In this document: piece after piece, positions 53,542 to 64,000 of the stretch
How the letters are laid out: the number at the start of each line of letters is the position of its first letter
Position numbering within the stretch: the first letter of the stretch is position 1
From: Styela clava
Taxonomy: Eukaryota
NCBI RefSeq assembly: GCF_964204865.1
Contig: NC_135251.1
Span: forward strand, 11,532,001-11,596,000
Length of the DNA: 64,000 nt
Direction: 5' to 3'
Program-made: the position numbers and the translations under genes
The notes under the pieces: generated by a model
The model's database searches: none
The model's input: only the letters and a program-made list of their open reading frames with translations
What the model was told of the DNA's origin: nothing

Positions 53542-53845
53542 TCCACCGGTAACCTTTACCGGTTAGGCAAGGTACATTGATGCCTAGGGGTCATCGTCAT
53601 TTTTATTTTAAACTATCGTTCATTGGACACGAAGTGGACATAACGATCGTTTCAAAATATTGTTGTTATTGTTATTTGTCTCCGTCTTCATTTTTGAAAA
53701 ATCGCTTTTCTCTTCGAATACTGGACCAATTGCTTTGAAATTTTCAGTGGTTAAAGATAAAATTTTTCTCCAGAAGTGTCCATATATTTGAGCATAGCTC
53801 TCTTGTTTTTAATTTATGAAGGATTTCCGGTTTGACGCCCTAATA

Positions 53846-54303
53846 CAGGGGTGGGCAACATACGGCCCGCGGGCCGGGTGCGGCCCGCGATGAAATTTTG
53901 ACCGGCCCGCTGACTGTATCCAACCACACTCTGTAATGTGGTCCGACGCATCATTCCTGAGAGTTGCCGATTGCTCTACTCTCACCGCACTGTCAGTGCG
54001 AGCTGGTGAAATACTCAACAAACAATTGCGTTAGCACACTTGTTAAACAAACAATATGAGGGCAAAGCAGAGAGCGTTGTAAACATTCCCCACTACTGTT
54101 ATCAGTTATATTTAGATTCTAAATATTTTAGAAGTTAGATTTTATATAAAGTTTTAGAATGAAATATCTCAAGAATTGTAAAGTTAACAGAGAGTGTCGA
54201 GCATTTAACAAAGATTGGATACCGAAGTATTTTCGTAATAATCCGGCCCGCAGAGGACTTCATTTTCCAACATCTGGCCCGCCTACTAGAGAAGTTGCCC
54301 CTG
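53846..54303. mobile_element. hAT MITE present only in copy B, near-perfect 8-bp TSD (ccctaata/ctctaata)
   Basis: caggggtgggcaac / gttgcccctg. Copy A has the empty site gacgttccaatatac at ~42998-43012. Confidence 0.82.
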
Positions 54304-56022
54304 CTCTAATATATACTTTTGACGTCGTTGTTGAAGAGGGGACTCATTGTCTAAATCAGGCCCTGGCTTTATGTCTAAGTCATGCGAATGATAGATTTCT
54401 TTGAAAATCAGCAATCTTAAGTATATATGATTGTTCAACAGCACATCTAAACTGCCAGCCATATAATAAGTTTTAGCTAAAATCGTGTACAAGAGTCCGA
54501 TTGTAATGCTATAGTATTACGTGAATATTGATCACGTTCGATGCAAACTCGCTTTTGGCACTCTTTTGTATTTGTGCGGCTTATACTTGTGTCTACCAGA
54601 TAACAATGCCGCGTCAAAGTATAACCTTTGCAGCCTAGAAAATAGAGCAAAACAGGAGCCACATTTAGTATTGCTGGTAACTAATGAGTGAAAGAGTAGC
54701 AATCTTCTGAACCTTTTACTTTTTATCATTTCTTTTACTCACAAAATAGTGCGAGATATCTACTGAGTTGTATACTGCAACTGCTAAGAAGATTTGGGCA
54801 GAGTGGTTATCACGATTACCTTGACAAGCATTGTTACCACTAATCCGTTATCTGACTGTTTGCAACACAAAATTATCTACTAACCATGCATGTTAAAAAT
54901 ATTTTGAAGTGGTGATCAGTATATGTGAAAATATGCAAGCGATGCAAATTAAGATACCAATCTGGCTTCAATACATCATCGTTGTGGTGTTGGTGTTTCT
55001 TCACAGTGTACTCATTAGATACACAAGGTACTGTGGTACTGCGTACTCCACCGTTTACGTGCCATTTTAATGTTTACTATGACAAGTCGTGGTGTTCTTA
55101 TGTTCAATATAGCCTGGAATCTGTATCCTGTTATTCTTCATAAAAATACTTTAAAATTTATTGCAATTATAATTAATGAAACAAAACGTAAGTAGTCGTA
55201 AACGTTTAAACCTTATCGATAGGGTATTTGACGTTTAATTTTGAACTATAAGTTTTTATACCTGTCAATTTTCATCGCAACTAATAATATTGTCATGAAT
55301 ATCAGATTGCCTGCTTTTGCTTAACTTATGCGTATGTGCTTTTGAATTTGAGCGTTTTCTCCGATTTATTTAATGATTTAGGTTTAAACTATTTTATATT
55401 CAAACTCCGAAGTATGATAACTCTTCATCATTATAACGCTACTAGCCCTGATATGCAACCACATGGTAGAACTAGAGAGCAAAGAAATCTTCGGGATACC
55501 GTATCGATGGAAACGTGAACCCAATTGACCGGGCAAACGTGAAAAACTATATTGAATTTCTATCCCATACAAAAAAATTGAAATAGTTAAGATTACCTGA
55601 TAACAAACCGCTCAACCGTGTAATTAGAATTACATCAGCCATTCTGCTTCTGATATTTTTGCAACGGTTAGTAGGCCTAGTTTGGATTTAACCTGGTATG
55701 CTTTATTTGTGGACATTGGGTTTTTAAGAAGATAGTCAAATTAGTAATCTGTAAAGAACCTGCACGTCAAATTTCCCAGCATATCATATCCTACAAATTG
55801 TAAAGCAGTTGGTTATTGCTAATATCTAGACGTATATAATTTAGCACTTTGTATCATAGTGTATGGAAATGTTAAAAATATTTTGACGAAAAAATTTTTG
55901 GGATCCAAATGGTTTTGCTGCAAGATAAAACAGTCGTTTGTGCTTTCTCTTTCGTCAATTCATATTTAACAAACAGCAGATTAACGTTGTTATTATATCT
56001 TAACATACAAATATCATATGCT

Positions 56023-56369
56023 CAGGGCCGATTTGACCGATTTTATCAAATTGGGCCCCGTCCTTTTCTGTATTATGAGGTACAAAGTCCTACTGGAAAT
56101 GTAAAATGAAAAGTGAAATAAACTTTCTCATAATATTTATTTGTCATGCATGATAAATTAAATTATCGTTATGTCGCCATTAACAATTAAATTCTTCTGT
56201 TCTGCTTTATTTCAGAAATTTAGATTAACATGTTATTAAATGTCAATTTTTTGGGTTTTTATGTATGTTTTTTTTATGAAATATGAAAACCCATCAATTT
56301 AACTATAAAGAGTAGGGGCCCCGCCATCGGATTTCGAAACGGGCCGCGCAATTCCTAGCACCGGCCATG
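56023..56369. mobile_element. hAT MITE, 8-bp TSD catatgct (copy B paralog of 45991-46330)
   Basis: Same termini and TSD as in copy A. Confidence 0.8.
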
Positions 56370-59300
56370 CATATGCTACACAGGAAAAAGTCCTTATACG
56401 ACTCTCTTTAAATGCGCCAAATATTAAATTACAAAATTTGTTCCTGCTCCAGGATAAATGTTTTTTAGAGTATTCCGCAAGTTTCACATTCAAATATTTT
56501 ATAAATCAGTGTGTTGTCTTATTTTACCGAAACAAAAATCAGATCTATAAACGCATATCATAATAGCAACTTGACAGCTTATTTTAAAAGTAACTTGGCG
56601 TCGTTACTACTATATGATCATGCTGCATTTGCATTTCTATTATTATTATTGTTGGAGATTTGACCACCCGCTATGGAAGCTGTTATTATGTCACATTTAT
56701 TTGTCGTTTGCTTTAGACGTCACGGGGAAAACTATAATAGCCATAAAATAATCCATGAAAAGTTGGATACAATTATAACGGCTTAAATTTCACGCATGCG
56801 GCGTTGGTTAACGGCCATCCATTTTATGCGCAACGCACCGGAAAAATACACTTAGCCCCGAGTTAATCCCGATAACAATTTATCAATCAAACGCTGGTGA
56901 TGTTCATGATGACCTAACATATTGACTTCCAGATAGTTCGATCAGTGTGAGGTGATTTACATTTCAGAGAATGTGATGAGGTGAAAAGTAATAAAGCCTA
57001 AAAGTGTCATTAATTTGTATTCTGTGGCGTGGTAAGTGTGGCCTTGCGATTTAGACTGAGTCTCCCGTACGTGATGGAAATGTTTGTTTAATTAGGCCTG
57101 ATGAAATCCGTAAACTTAAGACGGTCGTTAAAATATAGTTTTCAATATAAGATTTCTGGAGATTTGCATCATCACGAATTCTTCGTATTGTTTAAAATTT
57201 AGCCAGCAGGGCTAGATTATCAAATTACTAGGGGAATAGCAAACTCTCTTTCCACGTAAGATCTTATGCTATTCCTATTTATTTCTATAATACTTCAATT
57301 ATAATATCTTGTTCAGGCAGCTTCATTGCAACGGACTTTTATGGAAGTAGACAAAAAGAAAGGACCACTTCAATACCCTATAGTAGTACTCTCCCGTGTT
57401 GGTAAAATTACATAGTCATATATTAATAACTTTGGTAATTCCCACCATCTCCAACTGTCGTACGCTGTGAATATCGGGTGGAGATATTCGAAATAAATAC
57501 AACACAACGTCGCATAGTGTATTACTTATTGAGGTTGGTAAGTTCGACAAAATTTTATGTTGTGAATGACTACAGTGCTTATATTCTGTAATGCTCAAAT
57601 AATCAGAATTCGGTGCCATCGGCGTTAATGTATATAGTTCCTTTAAGCATTTGTCTTTTCCTCGAAATTAGTCCTACAACGAGTCGAAAAGTTCACAAAA
57701 AATACTATGATATTCTAGAAATCATTTGCATCTTTAATACTGAAAATAGAGTGAAGCGATTTGTATTTCCAATAACTATACATGAAAAGCACCAACAGGT
57801 TAGTAAAACGACTTCAACGAGTTCACTTCGTGTAACCAAGAATCGAGCGTTATTGGCTGTCTATGTTCAATGTGGAACATGTAAATGTCTTCATCCGTCA
57901 TTTCTTGAACGATGACGTTTGAATTTTGATCTGTTGACAATACAAGCTCGATGACGTCAGAAAATTTGAACTGACGCCAATTTTCATTTTAAACTTGAAA
58001 ACATGACAACGTAATTCAATTTGCTATATTTTAATTGCAATGAAATAATAATGTACTTAATAAGAATATATATATGGAAATGTAATTTACTGTTGAAAGG
58101 TAAATTAATATTGGTTCTGCGAAAAACCAAATAAAATTTGTCATCATGGAGCATTTTAAAATAACCAATCAAGAGAATCTTAGAAAGAAAAGAAAAAAAA
58201 AACAATATTGAAACCTTAATTGGACAAGCTTTAAACTATGATACTCTATCAAGCAAGGATAATAATGCGCGAAACATGCTCGGCTGAGCGAGTATACGTT
58301 TTCGCAGCGAATACAATTTAAGGTGCTACAGACAAGATTGAAACTTTGAAATTTCAATTTTAAAACGAACAAATACTTTAATTTAAAACGAAAATGGATA
58401 ACACCTTTCACACGTACATGAAGTTATTTGGTAATTAATATTTAATGTTGATCAAGCGATCAATAAAAAAATTAAAGTATATTAAAAAGATAGATAGATA
58501 TTATAAAGATATTTTGTTTGAAACTTTCTCACGAATCAAAGAGAATAAAACGGAAGCAATGAATGCTAATGGAATAAATACTCAGACACTTTAATACACA
58601 AAAACTTAATATTATGATAAAAAAAAATATTTTACTGAAATTTTTGAACCATTTATTAGCCAGTTTTATAGTGTAAATATTATTGTAGCAAAATCGCGAT
58701 AATACTGAAAACAAGGCCGGTGTGCTATATTACATTATCCACTCTTTCCGATTTCATACTAAAACCAATTGAACATCATACCGTACGCTTTAAAATTTTG
58801 GACTTCTATTTTGGGAGTCAAATTACAGAGATGATTTTTGAAAACAAAATAAAAACAGTTCAAAGATGCAGCGATTTCACTTCAATCGAATCTGTATTAA
58901 AATTAATATATAGTAATTCAATCAGGCAATAACGCAAGGTTCACATCCCAGTATTTGATTTCAAACAAAAAAACACTCATAGAAAATACTTCTTGTTGTT
59001 TAGATTAGCAAGGTTCATTTATACATGCTTGGGATAGAAGATATTTTCCGTGTCACGCGAGTTCGTACACTTGTGATAGTATTGAACTTTATTTCAGTAT
59101 TTGTTCTATGTTTGCATAAAGGCATGTAGTTAGGTATTATAGGCATTTTGGTTTGCTTAAAACAATAACCTTGTTGTAAAAATATTTCGGTTTTGAAAGA
59201 CTGTTTTGATCAATTGTGTGCTGTGGTTAATCGAAAAGACTACGCGGTTTAGGGTTAGGCTGTCTCGGTCATTTGAGTACAAGTTCATGGATTCAATAAA

Positions 59301-60427
59301 AACAAAGATAGGTTCCCTTTCTGCTCCATTGCAGAATTTTCAGAGCAACGTTTGAGGCGAAATAGGTGGAAATAAATTTGCTAATCATATTCCAGCGTGA
59401 CAACTTCGTTTATTTACGAAAATCTGAAAAATTCGATTTGCCAATTAAAGTTCAAAGTTCGTGGTCTTTTCCGCGTTATTAGGATCAAAGGCTGCAAAAG
59501 TTAACGAATCGGTCATGTTATCTGCTGTGTAAAGCGATATTTATGCCAGTGTTTACGATGCCCTCATCATCACAGGACGCGGATAAAAGCAGCAGAGACT
59601 TTATAGTGTTTGTTTAAGTGAAAAATATTCTAGAACAGAACACGTTGATTATTTCTGGTGACAGTATACAGTACTAAAAATCGTCTCATTTAAGGTTGTT
59701 TCACGGTAATTTGAACACTGTACCAAGGTGCGGACATACGTACAGCAATAAAATCGTGATAATTAGGGACAAAATTATTTTGAAATAGCGTTTCCCCACC
59801 TTATGATGATCGAAAACATTCCGATGTAAATTTATGTTATTGCCAAAATACTTTCACCGGAAATCTAATGGCCATTTTGATCACGAAATGTTTTTTTGTC
59901 AAACTTGAGCCATCATTGAAAAATTTTGTTTTGTGCAAAATCATTTGTGGTCGTGATCGATCGGTTACATAGATTGTGGGTACAGTACTTGGGTGCAAAT
60001 AAAAGCACTTTTATCTGATGTATCCCATAACGATCTCGGCACAGGTTTACAACTAAATTTTATGCGATCATAATAGGCGACTGTATTTACCACCTATTCC
60101 ATTAAAATTCTAAGGGGTATTGACAAGTCGGGCATGGAAATTTTACCCTTCATGTCGCATTTTGATGAGATAAATAGAAAATGAAAATCTTTTGGTCGTC
60201 ATGGGAGACGCCTCGGATGTTCTACTAAATGCAAACGATCATAACAATCGAAAATTTTCAAGGAAGATTGTGGAAAAGCAATAAAGGAAGAGTAAACAAG
60301 GCTGTAATTTTGAGTTGCAGCGTCGGGCAGGCATTTGCACGATCGCTTGATTCAAACTGAATAATATTTGGCGTGATTCTTATTTAGTTATAAATAATTT
60401 GATAATTACTTTTATAAGAAATTCTGC

Positions 60428-63400
60428 TTATTCAATGAAAGCAAAATCCGCAAGGATTGGATAATGATCGGACACATTCCCATGAATTTTATAAATATCA
60501 GTCAATATTTGTCCTTCGACAAGTCTCAATCCCCTGTAAAATATATGATCTACAGCGGCCCGTCGGTTTAGTAACGTAGAATTAGGGGGATCGGAAGAAT
60601 TATCGAGGCATTTACAAACACATTTACTGTCGTTTGACGGACAATTATCTTTGCAAATTGTGTTCGATGTGTCATTCAAAGTCGTTCTTGACGGCCACAA
60701 AACACTTTTGAATTCTAAATCGCTATCAAACCACATATCTAGCTCTGGCTCTGACGGATTAATATTAAAGTCTCCCATTACAATCACGGGATCTTCTCTT
60801 GGTAATTTTCGGATATCATCGTGCAAAAACGACATTTGTTGTCGAGATAAATCAGACGATCTTTCACAAGTCCAGTTTTTGTAAACTGCATGCAAGGTGT
60901 AAAAATGGATTGTCTTGTTATGACGGCGCGTCACTAATCCACTTCCTAGCTCGATATCATTCGACTCTTGGCATAATGATTGGGCATTACACGCCATTTT
61001 GGCCATGGTGTAACTCGGAAGTTTTCGTTCGTCACCATTGGGCAATACACTGGCAGATTTGTCAATGATTTCCAAGGTAGACAACATTCCAACCTCAAAT
61101 GCACCTTGCATAGGATTTACGATCTTTCCAGCACGTCTGCATGATTTTGAATTCTGCTGCAAATACCCAAAAGTGTCCTTTCCACCCCAATATGCTGGAA
61201 GCGTGTTAGCTTCTTGCAACGCCAAAATATTCGGGTTGTATTCATCCATGATTGTTGTGATAGAGTCGAGATTATTTCGACCGTTCATTTTGTTGCCAAG
61301 CAATATATTCCAAGTCATGACACGGAGGTCAAAATTGTTTTTATTATTTGCTTCGCAAACAGGTGCAGGTGCTGAAGCGTCGCATGAAATTTTATATTGG
61401 GTTGATTGATATTTTGAAATTCCCGCTGATATAAGAATAATGAATATGAACAGTGCTTGACTAGCTTTTTTATATTTTCTTATTTCCCAAAACTCCTTTC
61501 TGCTTTGGTCCGAAAAATTATTCGTTGGCTTTCGTTTTGAATCTGGCGATAAAAGTGGGCCGGTAGATGAAGATCTCAAGCGGTCGACGACATTGATTTT
61601 ACCCTTTACAATGGGGCAAATTATTAATGGTAGAACGCCTAGAATAACTTCGATCCATGTTATGAGTCCTATTTTTCCATGCACAATGCTTGATAGTTGT
61701 GGATTAATGAACATGATTTTCAAGACGTGAAGAATAAAGAAAACAAACCCGCTCATACCGACAAGGACTCCAGGCAGAGCAGACGTTGTTTTTCTTTTTC
61801 CGTTAGTTTGAAATGTTTTGCACGTTGAAGTAAGATTTGAAGAAGAGAATAAAACGATCCGAAATAACAGTGGAAACGAAAGGCATAACAGACAGGAACC
61901 GAATAAAAACGAACTGTTTTTTGTGTAAAGAATGAGAGATGTCCCACCGATCAGTAAGATGATAATAAATCCATGAAATCCGATCTGGAAGATCCTATGT
62001 CGCGTTGCCTTGAAAGAAAATATAAGTAATATTTTTATTTCTTACAATCTTCATTGAAAAACAAATGAGGCAATGGAAGAGTTAACGTTTATTAGGGGTA
62101 TGGTTTTACCCGGTCCTGCCAAACCGTTATTATTCCAATTCTACCTGGCCAATCTAGCAAAGTTTGAGAAGTTGGGTATGTGCAATGCCGAACCTGGAAT
62201 ATCCCGGTCCTGCAAGGCCTATGTCTCTCTCCAGACCTGTGAATTCCTAATTTGAATGTGTTTGCGCAGTAAACTCCTCACGCACCTCACGCAGTCTGTG
62301 AGACGTTTTTTATGTTAAAGTTTTCAATTCTCTTATAGGTGAAAAATAATTTCGTAAAGCCGAATTTGTCAACGACTCATTACAACAAATCATCTGCTTC
62401 CGTTGTAATGAATTATTCAATTATATTATCATCATTTTAATCCCTAAATATGTCTTCATTGCAGTAATAAAGCGTAATTTGAATGATTCACGTCGGCTAT
62501 TGGTCACAATCTAATGCCTTCGCAAAAACCCTTTTGAATCCCGATTTTTATGATCAAAGAAAATTATCTTTGACGAGTGGACTATGGAATGTTATTAAAA
62601 GCATTTCCTTTATTATCTTCGGTATTAAAAAATTCAAACGGAAATGATTTTATATGAAAAAAGTGAAATAAATAGGTTCACAAAATTACCTGAAATTTTG
62701 AAGTGGAATTTTCGTCCGACTCTTTGTCTCTAAATTTTGATAAAGCCTCCACATCCACAAGAATGGCTGCAAGACAGCCCACAGCAAAGCTTGCCAATAT
62801 GAGATTCCCGGATAAGTATGTGGGAATTTCTCCCCAGAGACACAAAACGTCGGGTGATGATAATATCCACAGCGAGAGTGACGAAAGAGATCCTATGGCG
62901 GTAGCAAGAATTATAGCGTAGAAAAATGCGTAACACTGCTGTGCTGCTACCGATATATTTGCATTATGAACATTGTGATCCGGGACAGACGCTACAATAG
63001 CATTATCCTTTATTGGACTTGGTATTTGGTGATCGTTTGGATTCTGGCAAAGAGTAGTGTCTTTTAGTAGGTCGTCGTGTGCCTCTGGATATTTTTCATC
63101 GTATTGAAGTTTTGTCGATATTGAAAATTTATCCAATTGGTCACTACCATTTGCGTTTGCTTTATAAAGCTGAACTTGTGCTTTTAAATAATTATCGTGG
63201 TTACCGTTACATTCTTTCGAGCTGTTGTCGATAGTCTTGAATGAAATTAGTTTTTCCATTCCACCGGTAACCTCCAATACGAATACAGAAATAGAGTATA
63301 AAATAACACATATCAACATAACAGAGGAAGCCTTCCAATCCTCATAAAAGATATTGATCGATCCATAACACCAGCGCACACTCATGGACAAAAATACAGC

Positions 63401-63973
63401 AATAATAACGCTATTTCCAATATTTGAAGTTGTTAGCAGATTTTTCAACAGTCCCCTGGTTCGCTTGCATATGATCATACAGCCCATTTCCTTCTCAACT
63501 GGAGAATAATTTGAGTTTGGAATTAAAATATCTTCCGTCACAAAATTTTCTTGCTGTTTCCATGCTATTATAATCACGTAAACACTCATGGAAATTACGC
63601 CACATGACAAAACACAAGTTCGAATATCAGCATATTCGTCTAAACATGGCGACGACGATATTGTTAACATTGTAGCAGGAGATACACGCACCAAGCAACA
63701 AATAAGTTTTTTTAACAATCCATTTCGTTGTGATAATATCTTAGACGTAGAAAAAATCAAACTAAATAAAAAATATATGAGTCCGGGAACGCACAAGCTA
63801 ATTAATAAAAGTGCAGTTGCCCAATAGCTGACGCCCAGTGTCTTTGGCTCCGTGTTGTGCCACATGGTAGCTTGAATGAATGCTTGAATAGTCGACCATT
63901 GTGAAGTGAAGATTGCTACTTTTCCGATTGTGTCCAAAGCACTACCAATGGGTATTCCACATGTGGCCATCAT
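60428..63973 (-). CDS. Multi-pass membrane protein with C-terminal EEP (DNase I-like phosphoesterase) domain, CWH43/PGAP2IP-like architecture, ~954 aa, 2 exons
   Basis: Exons 62690-63973 and 60428-62008 join in phase 0 (CAG|gtaat ... tttcaag|GCA); in-frame TGA upstream at 63998-64000. Many hydrophobic helices, then EEP motifs LRVMTWNI, ILALQE, VIVMGDFN, VDHIF, SDHYPI. Confidence 0.85.
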
Positions 63974-64000
63974 ATTGGTGTGTAATTTTCCAGCTTTTCA

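Larger units (their letters stand above)
42905..53555. repeat. Tandem segmental duplication, copy A
   Basis: Colinear and highly similar to 53564-63273 throughout (e.g. EEP stop at 50715 vs 60428, offset 9713). Confidence 0.95.
53564..63273. repeat. Tandem segmental duplication, copy B
   Basis: Colinear with 42905-53555. Its right end (ccaccggtaacct, 63273) lies inside exon 1 of the full-length EEP gene. Confidence 0.95.

Noticed and set aside
53551-53570. New splice acceptor at the duplication junction (ctaac...aaAG on -)
   Set aside because: No polypyrimidine tract, and the branch-like motif is too close to the AG.
1-64000. Prokaryotic defence system, operon or CRISPR array
   Set aside because: The window is spliceosomal-intron-containing animal DNA, with no repeat-spacer array and no bacterial gene cluster.

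Overview
Eukaryotic, AT-rich, gene-dense animal DNA with short GT-AG introns. An invertebrate chordate such as an ascidian is an inference from compactness and gene content, not something the sequence proves. Gene models assembled by hand: IMMP2L (+, single coding exon); an alpha-arrestin (ARRDC family, -, 8 exons); MEIOB (+, single exon); SCFD1/Sly1 (-, 19 exons); a BTB-zinc-finger protein (-, about 18 exons); a class I SAM methyltransferase (-, 2 exons); and a ~954-aa multi-pass membrane protein with a C-terminal EEP (endonuclease/exonuclease/phosphatase) domain (-, 2 exons). The last third of the window is a ~10-kb tandem duplication (about 42905-53555 and 53564-63273). It yields a second, N-terminally truncated but still open copy of the EEP gene, has a short inverted filler at the junction, and carries copy-specific hAT MITE insertions. 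Introns and intergenic DNA hold many non-autonomous elements: hAT MITEs with 8-bp TSDs (some nested), pogo/Tc1-like MITEs, a tRNA-derived SINE family, a Helentron/HINE-like element and a 265-bp palindrome. No prokaryotic system, CRISPR array, rRNA or bona fide tRNA was seen.
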